In this document: positions 16,434-26,002 of the stretch, in pieces
Layout of the letters: each line of letters starts with the position of its first letter
Numbering within the stretch: the stretch's first letter is position 1
Source: Geotalea daltonii FRC-32
GTDB lineage: Bacteria > Desulfobacterota > Desulfuromonadia > Geobacterales > Geobacteraceae
Assembly (NCBI RefSeq): GCF_000022265.1
Contig: NC_011979.1
Span: 2,160,001 to 2,192,000 of the forward strand
Reading direction: 5' to 3'
Length of the DNA stretch: 32,000 bases
The notes under the pieces: model-generated
The model's database searches: none
Seen by the model: only the letters and a program-made list of their open reading frames with translations
Told to the model about the DNA's origin: nothing
Made by a program: the position numbers and the translations under genes

Positions 16434-18767
16434 ATGTCGAAAAAAATGTTGATCAATGCGCTCCATGCCGAAGAGGCGCGGGTGGCTATCGTCGAGGACG
16501 GTCACCTGGTGGAGCTGGATATCGAGATTGCCGGGAGCGAACAGACCCGCGGCAACGTCTACAAAGGTGTGGTGGTCCGGGTGGAACCTGGCCTGCAGGC
16601 CGCATTTGTGGATATCGGCCATAAAAAACTCGGCTTTCTCCAGATGGGGGAAATTCACCCGGAAAACTGGCAGTGGCGTGACGATGTGCCCGAAGAGCAG
16701 CGTAACCGGCGGCCCCGCATCCAGGAGATCCTCCGCCGGGGCCAGGAGCTCATCGTTCAGGTGGAAAAGGGTGAACGGGACAATAAGGGCGCCGCCCTGA
16801 CCACCTACATTTCCCTTCCCGGCCGCTATATGGTGCTCATGCCGGGAAGCGACTCCGCCGGTATCTCCCGCAAGGTGGAGAGCGAAAGCGAGAGGAAAAA
16901 GCTCAAGGAGATGGTGGCTGACCTGGAGATCCCGGAAGGTATTGGCTACATCATGCGCACCGAGGCGATGGGGCGGACCAAAACGGAACTGGCCAAGGAT
17001 CTGCAGTACCTGGTTAAGCTCTACAGCAGCATTCGGGAAAAGGGGGCTGAACTCAAGGGCGCCGGTCTGATCTACCAGGAATCGGATCTGGTTATCCGCA
17101 CCATTCGCGATTACTTCAACGCCGAGATCGATGAAGTGCTTGTGGACAGCAAGGATGTCTACAAGCAGGCACGGGCTTTCTTCAAGGAAACCATGCCGAA
17201 ATATGAAAAGCTGGTGAAGATGCACCAGGAAAAAAGGCCGATTTTCTCCCGTTATCAGCTGGAGGAGCAGATCGACCTTATCTACGAGAAGAAGGTGCCG
17301 CTGAAATCGGGAGGCTCCATCTTCATCGAACCCACCGAAGCCCTCGTTTCCATCGATGTTAACTCGGGAAAATCCACCGGCGAAAAAGGGGTCGAGGATA
17401 CCGCCTTCAAGACCAATCTGGAAGCGGCCGCCGAGGCGGCCAGACAGCTGCGCCTGCGCGACCTTGGGGGGCTGATAGTCATCGACTTCATCGACATGCG
17501 CGAACGCAAACACAACAACGAAGTGGAGAAAGCGCTGAAGACCGCCCTCAAGGGGGACAAAGCCAGGGTCACCGTTGGCAAAATATCCCAGTTCGGCCTT
17601 TTGGAGATGTCCCGGCAACGGATCAAGCAGACCATCAACCAGGCCAGCTCCCTGGAGTGCCCCCACTGTGAAGGTCGGGGCAAGGTCAAATCGGTGGAGG
17701 CCATGGCTGTATCCTTTTTGCGTAAGGTCCATGCTGCTGCCGCCAAGGGTACCGTCGCCGAAGTGCGTGGTGGCCTGCCCCTTGAGGTTGCTTATTTTCT
17801 GTTGAACCGGAAGAAGCGGGAGTTGGCCCAGATTGAGACCGATTACGATCTGGATGTGACGGTAAAGGGGAAGCCATCGTTTTTGCTGAACCAGATAGAG
17901 CTTGAGTTGATCAAGCGGGAAAAGCCATTTACGGAAGAGATAGCGCCGGAAGTCCCCACTACGGAAGCGGGAGTGCCTGCTTTGGCGGCTGCTGCAGCAG
18001 AGGCGCCTCCTGCCGAAGAAGGGAAACCGAAGAAAAAGAGGCGGCGCAAGAAGAAACACCATGTGGAGGGGGAAGCTGCACCACTGGGCGAAGAGATCGC
18101 GGTACCTCCCGCCGTTGAATCGGCTGAAGAGGAAGGACACGAGGCTGCAGCGGAGACCACCGAGACCGTTGAAGTATCGGGAGCCGAAGTTGCCGAAGAG
18201 CACAAGAAAAAGCGCCGGCGTAGACGGCGCCGCGGCGGCAAGGGGGCAGGCGAGGCTGTTGCTCCGGCAGAGACCTCCACAGTGCCGGAGATCGCAGCCT
18301 CTACCGGGGAAGCAATATCTGAGCAGGCTGCTGAACCGGCAACGGAAGGTGAAACCACTGCCGAGGAAAGCAAGAAAAAACGCCGCCGCCGTCGCAAACG
18401 AGGTGGCAAGCAAGCCACTTCCGAGGCCGTAGCCGGGGCCGGGGCCGAAACGGCTCACGCCGGGGAAGCTGCCCAGGAGGTGCCGCAACAACCTGAAAAG
18501 CCGGCGGAACAGCCGGCAGAGGAGAAGGCTAAAAAACCCCGCGCTCCGCGAAAAAAGAAGCCGGCGGCTGAAGCTGTACCGGAAGCTCCTGCACCGGTAG
18601 AGGTGCCCGAAACAGAGCCGGCAAAACCGAAACGGGCTGCGCGCCCTCGAAAGGCAGCGCCTGAAAAGAGTGAGGAACCCCAGGCCGAGCCGGCTGGCGA
18701 AGCTCAGGAAAAACCCAAGCGCAAACGGGCTCCACGTAAGAAGAAAGAAGAATCCCCGGCTGAGTAA
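16434..18767 (+). CDS. rne: Ribonuclease E (RNase E/G catalytic N-terminal half plus a disordered charge-patterned C-terminal half)
   Basis: S1 domain (GNVYKGVVVRVEPGLQAAFVDIG), catalytic core (SIDVNSGK, GLIVIDFIDM) and Zn-link CPHCEGRGKV. From ~17920 on, the protein is a low-complexity Ala/Glu/Pro/Lys/Arg tail. ATG 16434 follows AAAGGA. Confidence 0.92.
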   Translation: MSKKMLINALHAEEARVAIVEDGHLVELDIEIAGSEQTRGNVYKGVVVRVEPGLQAAFVDIGHKKLGFLQMGEIHPENWQWRDDVPEEQRNRRPRIQEILRRGQELIVQVEKGERDNKGAALTTYISLPGRYMVLMPGSDSAGISRKVESESERKKLKEMVADLEIPEGIGYIMRTEAMGRTKTELAKDLQYLVKLYSSIREKGAELKGAGLIYQESDLVIRTIRDYFNAEIDEVLVDSKDVYKQARAFFKETMPKYEKLVKMHQEKRPIFSRYQLEEQIDLIYEKKVPLKSGGSIFIEPTEALVSIDVNSGKSTGEKGVEDTAFKTNLEAAAEAARQLRLRDLGGLIVIDFIDMRERKHNNEVEKALKTALKGDKARVTVGKISQFGLLEMSRQRIKQTINQASSLECPHCEGRGKVKSVEAMAVSFLRKVHAAAAKGTVAEVRGGLPLEVAYFLLNRKKRELAQIETDYDLDVTVKGKPSFLLNQIELELIKREKPFTEEIAPEVPTTEAGVPALAAAAAEAPPAEEGKPKKKRRRKKKHHVEGEAAPLGEEIAVPPAVESAEEEGHEAAAETTETVEVSGAEVAEEHKKKRRRRRRRGGKGAGEAVAPAETSTVPEIAASTGEAISEQAAEPATEGETTAEESKKKRRRRRKRGGKQATSEAVAGAGAETAHAGEAAQEVPQQPEKPAEQPAEEKAKKPRAPRKKKPAAEAVPEAPAPVEVPETEPAKPKRAARPRKAAPEKSEEPQAEPAGEAQEKPKRKRAPRKKKEESPAE

Positions 18768-18796
18768 ATTTTTATATCGCCAGTTGCGGAGGATGT

Positions 18797-19618
18797 ATGG
18801 ATATCTTCAAAATCGCAGCGGTCGCAGTTCTTATTGCTTCATCGACGGCTAACGCCGCCCGGTTTGGAGGGGTGGAAGAGGTTTCGGCGTACCTGGCTCC
18901 CCACTATTTCCAGTGGGAGGAATTCCATCAGGGCGAGAAATTGCTCCGGGAGCAGGGCTGGTTGATGGCCGCCGGCGGAGTCGCCAGAATAAACCTGGTC
19001 AAGGCAGAGGCAGGTTCCCTTGTCGCAACGGGCAAGGCTGAGCTGTTCGGCGGGATTGCCGATTACGACGGGCAGACGCAGGGGCCGGAGAATCTGCCGG
19101 TGAAAACTGACGTCAATTACTTCGGTACAAGGGAGGATATCGACCTTGGCTGGCGAATTTCCCAACAGAAGGTGTCCATGGAGCCTTTCTTCGGTTTTGG
19201 TGCCCGCTGGTGGCTGAGAGATCTGGAAAATTCCATGACAATAGATAGAGCGGGCATGCCCGTGGAGGTGAATGGCTATACCGAGGACTGGCGCAGCTTT
19301 TATCTGCGTCTGGGGGGGCGGCTGGACGTTGCCGTGACTGACGACTGGCGCATCTTTACCGAGGGGGGGGCGAAATACCCTTTTTATACCGAAAACGTCG
19401 TGGAAATCTCTGGTAGGGATATCACGATCAAACCGGACGGAAGCTGGTCTGCCTTTGCCGAGGTGGGGGCACGCTACAAGAAGCTCAAGTTCAGCACTTT
19501 TTATGAAGGTTTCCGCTACGACCAATCTCCAGGAGTCCTGGTCGGAACCAACCAGTTCTTCCAGCCCACCTCAAAATCCGATATCTTCGGTCTCAGGCTA
19601 GGCTGGGCCTTCAGGTAA
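18797..19618 (+). CDS. Putative outer-membrane beta-barrel protein (signal peptide, family unknown)
   Basis: RBS GGAGGA. Signal peptide MDIFKIAAVAVLIASSTANA. Alternating amphipathic strands rich in aromatic residues, with a C-terminal FGLRLGWAFR resembling an OMP beta-signal. Confidence 0.55.
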   Translation: MDIFKIAAVAVLIASSTANAARFGGVEEVSAYLAPHYFQWEEFHQGEKLLREQGWLMAAGGVARINLVKAEAGSLVATGKAELFGGIADYDGQTQGPENLPVKTDVNYFGTREDIDLGWRISQQKVSMEPFFGFGARWWLRDLENSMTIDRAGMPVEVNGYTEDWRSFYLRLGGRLDVAVTDDWRIFTEGGAKYPFYTENVVEISGRDITIKPDGSWSAFAEVGARYKKLKFSTFYEGFRYDQSPGVLVGTNQFFQPTSKSDIFGLRLGWAFR

Positions 19619-19620
19619 AT

Positions 19621-19995
19621 ATGCAGACGGTTATCTTTATAGGAATATTCGGCGCATTAGGGTGCCTGTGCCGCTACTACCTTTCTGGCTGGGTCTATGA
19701 CATCGTCGGCAGGGCTTTTCCCTACGGCACCTTTGCCGTCAATATTATCGGTGCCTTTCTCATCGGTCTGATCATGGAGTTTTCCCTGCGCAGCACGCTG
19801 GTTTCTCCCCAGTTGCGCGTTGGGCTGACCATCGGTTTTCTTGGAGGGCTTACCACCTTTTCCACCTTCAGCTACGAAACATTCCGCCTTCTTGAGGATG
19901 GGGAACTGCTGATAGCTTCGGTAAACGTGCTCACCAGCGTCCTGGTATGTCTGGTGTTTACCTGGTTGGGAATCGCGGCGGCTCGATATATCTAG
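19621..19995 (+). CDS. crcB: Fluoride ion channel CrcB/FluC
   Basis: 124 aa with 4 TM helices and conserved GALGCLCRY, PYGTFAVNIIGAF and GGLTTFSTFSYE motifs. It starts 3 nt after the OMP stop. Confidence 0.9.
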   Translation: MQTVIFIGIFGALGCLCRYYLSGWVYDIVGRAFPYGTFAVNIIGAFLIGLIMEFSLRSTLVSPQLRVGLTIGFLGGLTTFSTFSYETFRLLEDGELLIASVNVLTSVLVCLVFTWLGIAAARYI

Positions 19996-20070
19996 ACCCT
20001 CCTTCAATCCCCCCATTCCATAGGGGGAAAGCGAACATACGTGAGCAGGAGAGTGCAGGAGGAATTGACT

Positions 20071-20415
20071 ATGACCAAGCTGACCGGCGAACAGGTATTG
20101 ATGCGGATCTTTATCGGTGAAAGCGACCGCCACGGCCATATCCCCCTCTACGAGGCACTGGTGGAACTGTTGCGCAGGGAGGGACTCGCCGGGGCGACGG
20201 TAATCCGCTGCATTGCCGGCTTCGGCGCCCACAGCGTCTACCATACGGATAAATTACTCCGTCTCTCCACCGATCTGCCCGTCATCGTCGAGGTGGTGGA
20301 CAGCCAGGAAAGGATTGACGCCGTCATGCCTGCCATCGACGGGATGATGGACGGCGGCATGATCACCCTGGAAAAGGCCACCGTCATCCGCTACAGCCAC
20401 CACGATAAAAAATAA
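20071..20415 (+). CDS. DUF190 (PII-like fold) protein commonly linked to crcB
   Basis: LMRIFIGESDRHGHIPLYEALVELLRREGLAGATVIRCIAGFG is the DUF190 pattern. ATG 20071 follows AGGAGG. The ORF track starts at GTG 20041. Confidence 0.8.
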   Translation: MTKLTGEQVLMRIFIGESDRHGHIPLYEALVELLRREGLAGATVIRCIAGFGAHSVYHTDKLLRLSTDLPVIVEVVDSQERIDAVMPAIDGMMDGGMITLEKATVIRYSHHDKK

Positions 20416-20455
20416 GCCTGACTTCCCCCACCTGCCGCTGTTTTTCTTCTGCAAG

Positions 20456-20483
20456 TTGCATCGTCTCGCCCCTCTGCTATACT
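20456..20483 (+). promoter_or_regulatory. Candidate sigma-70 promoter for sucA
   Basis: TTGCAT (20456-20461), a 16-nt spacer, then TATACT (20478-20483). The -35 lies inside the 11-bp palindrome TGCAAGTTGCA (20452-20460 region). Confidence 0.4.
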
Positions 20484-20548
20484 TCTCATGAGCTTTTCGC
20501 CATGTTCCCCTCTATGGCTTCTCATCGCATTCCTGCAAAGGATTTCCC

Positions 20549-23221
20549 ATGCCGTTCAATATGAATTTCAGTCCTGAATGGATTGAAGAGCAGTACCTTC
20601 TTTGGCAAGAACACCCTGAGCGGCTGCCGGTCGACCTGCAGGCATTTTTCAACGGTTTCGAGTTGGGGCTGGAAGGTGGCGAAGGCAAAGCAGACCTTCG
20701 TTTTGCGATCAAGCAATCGGCGGTGCAGTCGCTTATCTACCGCTACCGGGACATCGGCCACCTCCTTGCCTGTACCGATCCCCTTTCTCCCTGCCAAATC
20801 GACCACCCCCTGCTCAGTCTTGAAGCATTCGGCCTGGATGCCTCCGACCTGGATAAGGTTTTCCATACCCGCCGCTTCATGAAGGAAAGTGCAACTCTGC
20901 GAGAGATCCTGCAGGTAATGCACGATACCTACTGCCGCTCTATTGGTGTTGAATTCATGCATATCCAGGAACCGGCGGAGCGGCAGTGGCTGATGGACCG
21001 CATGGAGCCGGTGCGAAACAGCCCCTCCTTTTCCATTGGCCAAAAGCAGGAGATAGCCGGCCATATTTACCAGGCAGCGCTATTCGAGGCATTCCTCAAC
21101 CGCAAGTTCGCCGGCCAGACCCGCTTCTCCCTGGAAGGGGGGGAAAGCCTGATACCCCTACTCAAGTGGCTTATGGCAGGAGCGGCCGAACGGGGTGTCA
21201 CTGATCTGATCCTGGGGATGCCCCACCGTGGGCGGCTTAATGTATTGGCCAATGTGTTTGACAAGCCGCTGGAGGAAATTTTTGCCGAGTTCGCCGATAA
21301 CAGCCAGCATGGGATCATCGGCGAGGGAGACGTAAAATATCACAAGGGATATTCCATAGATGTAACGCCGGTGGGCGGCCATACCATTCATCTTACCCTG
21401 GCGGCCAATCCAAGCCATCTGGAGGCCATCGACCCGGTGGTGGAAGGAAAATGCCGGGCACGCCAGGATCGCTGCTGCGACAGCCGCGGCGACCTGGTCC
21501 TGCCGGTCCTTATCCACGGCGATGCCGCCTTTTCCGGGCAGGGGGTGGTGGCCGAAACCTTCAACCTCTCCCAGCTGGAAGGCTACCGCACCGGCGGCAC
21601 TGTGCACATTGTCCTCAACAACCAAATCGGCTTTACTACCCTTGCTGCCGATGCCCGCTCCAGCTGTTATGCCACCGATGGGGCGAAAATGGTCCAGGCT
21701 CCCGTTTTCCACGTCCAGGGGGACGACCCGGAGGCGGTGGTCCATGCGACGAGGCTAGCCCTGGAATACCGGCAGGCTTTTCGTCGTGATGTGGTGGTGG
21801 AGGTCATCTGCTACCGGCGCTACGGACATAACGAAGGAGACGAGCCCTACTTCACCCAGCCCCTCATGTACGAAAAGATCAAGAACCGTCAGCCGCTCCA
21901 TGAGCTGTACGCTATGAAACTGAGAGATGAAGGCGTTGACGGCGCTGAGCTGGAAAAGCTCTTCCGGGCAGTTTCTGCCCATCTTGAAGCCGCTATCGGG
22001 CAGGAAGCCACCGACTCCGACGTGGGGTTCCGGGAAGGGTGGGGCGGAATCGAGCGGGATTACGCCCCCCATAAGGTCGAAACCGGAGTCGGGGCAGGAG
22101 AACTTATTTCCATGATGGAGGTTCTGACGGCCTTTCCGGATGGCTTTACGCCACATCCGAAACTGGCAACCCTGCTGAAACGGCGGCTTGAAGCGGTGAA
22201 ACAGGGCAACGGCATCGACTGGGCCACCGCGGAGAATCTGGCCTTTGCTTCACTTCTGCAGGAAGGTACTTCCCTTCGTCTTTCCGGACAGGATGTGAGA
22301 AGAGGCACCTTCAGCCAACGTCATTGCACCTTCTTCGATTATCACACCGAAAAGATGCATGTTCCCCTTGCTGCCCTGGCCAAAGATAATGCAGTATTCA
22401 ACGCTTACGACAGCATGCTTTCCGAGTATGCTGTGCTCGGTTTCGAATACGGCTACTCGGTGGAGTCCCCCTTGGGACTGACCGTATGGGAGGCCCAGTA
22501 CGGAGATTTCGCCAACGGTGCACAGGTTGTCATCGATCAGTTCGTCTCCTCGGGGGAAAGCAAGTGGGACCGGGGAAGCGGTCTGGTCCTGCTGCTTCCC
22601 CACGGCTACGAGGGGCAGGGAGCCGAGCATTCCAGCGCCAGGATCGAGCGGTTCCTCCAGCTCTGCGCCATGAACAACATGCAGGTGTGTTATCCGACAA
22701 CTCCGGCCCAATATTTCCATCTGCTGCGACGTCAGGTAAAGCAGCCCTTCAGAAAGCCGCTGGTTATTTTCACTCCCAAAAGCCTGCTCCGCAATCCCCT
22801 CTGTGTCTCAACCCTGGATGATTTCGGCGGCTGGTTCCGGGAGATCCTGCCCGCAGAAGACAACCCGGACAAGGTTCGGCAGGTGCTGATCTGCTCAGGC
22901 AAGATCTATTTCGAGCTGCTTAAGGAGAAGATGGCTGCGGGGCGGGAAGACGTGGCACTGGTGAGGATCGAGCAGCTTTATCCTCTGCGTCTTGACCTGC
23001 TTCGCGATACCCTTCTCAGATACCGGCAGGCCTCCTTTCGCTGGGTACAGGAAGAACCGCGCAACATGGGGGCATGGATTTTCATCCGGCCGCAGCTTGA
23101 GGAAATAACAGGCGGCAAGGTGGCATACGTGGGGAGGGAGGAGGAAGCGGCGCCGGCCGTCGGGTCCCATCGGCAGCACATGGTGGAGCAGGAACGGGTG
23201 ATAAATGATGCATTTGCCTAG
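20549..23221 (+). CDS. sucA: 2-oxoglutarate dehydrogenase E1 component
   Basis: 890 aa with a typical SucA N-terminus (WIEEQYLLWQEHPE) and ThDP-binding regions (LGMPHRGRLNVLANV, IHGDAAFSGQGVV, YRRYGHNEGDEP). Confidence 0.95.
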   Translation: MPFNMNFSPEWIEEQYLLWQEHPERLPVDLQAFFNGFELGLEGGEGKADLRFAIKQSAVQSLIYRYRDIGHLLACTDPLSPCQIDHPLLSLEAFGLDASDLDKVFHTRRFMKESATLREILQVMHDTYCRSIGVEFMHIQEPAERQWLMDRMEPVRNSPSFSIGQKQEIAGHIYQAALFEAFLNRKFAGQTRFSLEGGESLIPLLKWLMAGAAERGVTDLILGMPHRGRLNVLANVFDKPLEEIFAEFADNSQHGIIGEGDVKYHKGYSIDVTPVGGHTIHLTLAANPSHLEAIDPVVEGKCRARQDRCCDSRGDLVLPVLIHGDAAFSGQGVVAETFNLSQLEGYRTGGTVHIVLNNQIGFTTLAADARSSCYATDGAKMVQAPVFHVQGDDPEAVVHATRLALEYRQAFRRDVVVEVICYRRYGHNEGDEPYFTQPLMYEKIKNRQPLHELYAMKLRDEGVDGAELEKLFRAVSAHLEAAIGQEATDSDVGFREGWGGIERDYAPHKVETGVGAGELISMMEVLTAFPDGFTPHPKLATLLKRRLEAVKQGNGIDWATAENLAFASLLQEGTSLRLSGQDVRRGTFSQRHCTFFDYHTEKMHVPLAALAKDNAVFNAYDSMLSEYAVLGFEYGYSVESPLGLTVWEAQYGDFANGAQVVIDQFVSSGESKWDRGSGLVLLLPHGYEGQGAEHSSARIERFLQLCAMNNMQVCYPTTPAQYFHLLRRQVKQPFRKPLVIFTPKSLLRNPLCVSTLDDFGGWFREILPAEDNPDKVRQVLICSGKIYFELLKEKMAAGREDVALVRIEQLYPLRLDLLRDTLLRYRQASFRWVQEEPRNMGAWIFIRPQLEEITGGKVAYVGREEEAAPAVGSHRQHMVEQERVINDAFA

Positions 23222-23239
23222 AAATTTATGGAGAGACCC

Positions 23240-24424
23240 ATGGAAATAAAAGTTCCGGCAGTGGGGGAATCGATCACCGAGGCGCTGGTTGCCAAGTGGC
23301 ACAAGGGGGATGGCGAGCGGGTGGAGAAGGATGAGGTCCTCTGCGAGATCGAGACCGACAAGATCACCCTGGAGATCAATGCAGATGCTTCCGGAACCCT
23401 TGCCATCCGGGCAAAGGAAGGGGAAACGGTGCAGATTGGCGCTGTCATCGGCACCATTGATGAAAAAGGTGCGGCAGGGCAGGCCTCTGGCCCGGCGAAG
23501 CCATCAGGCCCGGAAAAGGAAAAAACAGAGCCGCAGCCGCCGCTTTCTCCGGCGGTGCGGAAGATGGCCCAGGAAAAGGGAATAAAGGCTGAAACCATCA
23601 AGGGGAGCGGCAAGGGGGGCAGAGTAACGGTGGACGACCTGCTCAAGCAACAGCCTGAGCCGAGTCCGCAACCTACTCTTTTCGTCCGCTCGGAGGAGCC
23701 TGCGCCATACCAGACCGTTGAGGAAAGCAGGATCACCCGCAAAAAGATGACCCCGATCCGCAGAAAGATTGCCGAAAGACTGCTGGCGGCGCGGCAGCAG
23801 ACGGCCATGCTCACCACCTTCAATGAGGTCGATATGGGCAGGATCATGGAGCTGCGCCGGCAGCACAAGGAACACTTCCAGAAGAAATTCGGGGTGACCC
23901 TGGGGTTTATGCCCTTCTTCATCAAGGCCTGTATCGATGCCCTCCGTGAATTCCCCATGGTCAACGCCCGCATCGACGGCGATGAAATAGTCCAGCAGCA
24001 TTTCTATGACATGGGTATAGCCATTGGCGGCGAAAAGGGACTGGTGGTGCCGGTTATCCGCGATGCCGACCGGTTGACCCTTGTGGAGATGGAGAAAAAG
24101 ATACGATCGCTGGTGGAGCAGGTCGAGAACAACCGCTTGAGCCTTGAAGATTTGACCGGCGGCACCTTCACCATCAGTAACGGCGGCGTTTATGGTTCCA
24201 TGCTCAGCACCCCCATACTCAATCCGCCCCAGAGCGGTGTGCTGGGGATGCATGCCATTCAGGACCGGCCGGTGGCCAGGGACGGGCAGGTGGTGATCCG
24301 TCCCATGATGTACCTGGCGCTCTCCTACGACCATCGCATTATCGATGGGCGGGAGGCGGTGGGGTTCCTCAAGAGGGTGAAAGAGTATGTCGAGGATCCG
24401 GAGGAAATGCTGTTGGAGGGATAG
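23240..24424 (+). CDS. sucB: Dihydrolipoyllysine-residue succinyltransferase (E2o)
   Basis: Lipoyl domain [15 protein letters not shown]...[12 protein letters not shown]3-binding domain ([14 protein letters not shown]) and catalytic [12 protein letters not shown] 23240 follows GGAGAG. Confidence 0.9.
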   Translation: MEIKVPAVGESITEALVAKWHKGDGERVEKDEVLCEIETDKITLEINADASGTLAIRAKEGETVQIGAVIGTIDEKGAAGQASGPAKPSGPEKEKTEPQPPLSPAVRKMAQEKGIKAETIKGSGKGGRVTVDDLLKQQPEPSPQPTLFVRSEEPAPYQTVEESRITRKKMTPIRRKIAERLLAARQQTAMLTTFNEVDMGRIMELRRQHKEHFQKKFGVTLGFMPFFIKACIDALREFPMVNARIDGDEIVQQHFYDMGIAIGGEKGLVVPVIRDADRLTLVEMEKKIRSLVEQVENNRLSLEDLTGGTFTISNGGVYGSMLSTPILNPPQSGVLGMHAIQDRPVARDGQVVIRPMMYLALSYDHRIIDGREAVGFLKRVKEYVEDPEEMLLEG

Positions 24425-24430
24425 CGGCTT

Positions 24431-24540
24431 CGCCAAAAGTCCATCTGCGGCGTTGCGCACCCACTTCGTCACTGCGGCGTACCTGGTGTACGCCTCATTC
24501 CTCAGTGGCTGCACGCCTTGCAGCTGGAACTTTTTGCTGT
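24431..24540. repeat. Long imperfect palindromic intergenic element, copy A (REP/MITE-like)
   Basis: The left arm CAAAAGTCCATCTGCGGCGTTGC pairs with the right arm GCACGCCTTGCAGCTGGAACTTTTTG. A central hairpin is GGCGTAC/GTACGCC (24475-24493). It shares CCATCTGCGGCGTTG, CTTCGTC and ACGCCTTGCA blocks with copy B in the same orientation. Confidence 0.65.
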
Positions 24541-24586
24541 GCCGGAAATTGTCTGGCAAAAACATATTGGAAAGGGAGTTTATGCA

Positions 24587-26002
24587 ATGTCCGATGAAAT
24601 GTACGATCTGATCATTATCGGTGCCGGGCCGGGGGGCTATGTGGCGGCGATCCGCGCTGCCCAATTGGGGATGAAGGTGGCGGTGGTGGAGCGTGGCGAA
24701 CGCCTGGGCGGGGTTTGCCTCAATGAGGGCTGCATTCCCAGCAAAGCGCTGCTTGATTCCAGCGAGCTCTTTGCCCTGGCACGGGATAAATTTGCCCTCC
24801 ATGGTATCGGCATCAACGCACCCACCCTGGACTTGACGAAAATGATGGCCCGCAAGGACGACGTGGTGAAAAAACTCACCGACGGCATCGCCTTCCTTTT
24901 CAAGAAGAACAAAATAATACGCATCCTGGGAACGGCCAAGCTTGGGGCGGCCGGCAATGGGGAGCGGCGGGCGGTGGAGGTCCTGGGGGCAGGGGGAGAA
25001 AAGCAGGCGATAGTCGGCAAACACATACTTCTTGCCACCGGCAGTCAGGCCATAGAGGTGCCGGGGCTCCCCTTCGACGGCGAGACGGTGGTGAGCGCCC
25101 GCGAAGCGCTATCTTTTCCGGAAGTGCCTGAGCACCTGCTGGTGATCGGCGGTGGTTATATCGGACTGGAGCTTGGTTCGGTCTGGCTGCGCCTGGGAAG
25201 CCGGGTGACAGTGGTGGAGATGTTGCCGAACATTCTGCCCAACACCGACCGGCAGGTTGCCGACACCCTTTTGCGGTCCCTGAAAAAGCAGGGAATGGGA
25301 TTCATGCTGGGGGCCAAGGTTGAAGGTTTGCAGAAGAAGGATGGCAAGGCATCCGTCACCGTCAATGTCGCCGGCAAGGGTGAACAGCTTTCCTGTGACA
25401 GGGTGCTGGTCGCTGTGGGGAGAAAATCGCTTACAGACGGGCTCGGGGGGGAAGAGGCCGGTATTGCCTTCGACTGCGGCAGGATCAGAGTTGACGATAA
25501 TTTTGCCACCTCTGTCCCCGGAATTTATGCCATCGGCGACCTTATTCATGGCCCGCTCCTTGCCCACAAGGCGATGATGGAGGGTGAGGTCTTCGCCGAA
25601 AGGCTGGCAGGTCAAGCCTCGGTGGTTGATTATGAGTTCATTCCCGGTATCATTTACACATGGCCTGAAGCGGCATCGGTTGGAAAAACCGAGGAACAGC
25701 TGCAGGCGGAGAGCCTCTCTTATTCTGTCGGACGCTTCAATTTCATGGCCAATGGCCGGGCCAGGTGCATGGACGAGACGGAAGGATTCGTCAAGGTGCT
25801 TGCCCACAAGGATACGGGCCGGGTGCTCGGTGTCCATATCATTGGTCCCCGTGCCTCGGATATGATTGCCGAAGGGGTGACGGTGATGACCTACGGCGGC
25901 ACCGCCGAGGATATAGCACTCACTTTCCATGCCCATCCGACGTTGTCGGAGGCGGTTAAAGAAGCAGCGCTGGATGTGGAAAAACGAGCAATCCATGCGT
26001 GA
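24587..26002 (+). CDS. lpdA: Dihydrolipoyl dehydrogenase (E3)
   Basis: FAD motif IIIGAGPGGY, redox-active disulfide GGVCLNEGCIPSK and C-terminal HAHPTLSE. ATG 24587 follows AAGGGAG. Confidence 0.92.
   Translation: MSDEMYDLIIIGAGPGGYVAAIRAAQLGMKVAVVERGERLGGVCLNEGCIPSKALLDSSELFALARDKFALHGIGINAPTLDLTKMMARKDDVVKKLTDGIAFLFKKNKIIRILGTAKLGAAGNGERRAVEVLGAGGEKQAIVGKHILLATGSQAIEVPGLPFDGETVVSAREALSFPEVPEHLLVIGGGYIGLELGSVWLRLGSRVTVVEMLPNILPNTDRQVADTLLRSLKKQGMGFMLGAKVEGLQKKDGKASVTVNVAGKGEQLSCDRVLVAVGRKSLTDGLGGEEAGIAFDCGRIRVDDNFATSVPGIYAIGDLIHGPLLAHKAMMEGEVFAERLAGQASVVDYEFIPGIIYTWPEAASVGKTEEQLQAESLSYSVGRFNFMANGRARCMDETEGFVKVLAHKDTGRVLGVHIIGPRASDMIAEGVTVMTYGGTAEDIALTFHAHPTLSEAVKEAALDVEKRAIHA

Noticed and set aside
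16377-18491. 704-aa ORF on the minus strand
   Set aside because: It lies entirely antisense to rne. The translation is low-complexity (Leu/Gly/Phe/Arg-rich) with no motifs or RBS, a typical stop-poor antisense frame of a GC-rich gene.
18768-19620. Fluoride riboswitch upstream of crcB or of the OMP gene
   Set aside because: The gaps are 29 nt and 2 nt, too short for the ~50-60-nt crcB motif. No matching conserved core is seen by eye, and this needs cmsearch to be definitive.
24387-24611. 74-aa ORF in the sucB-lpd gap, and 29131-29328 (65 aa) in the pdhA-pdhB gap
   Set aside because: Both are read-through translations of the palindromic and hairpin repeat elements, with no RBS and with overlap onto flanking real genes.
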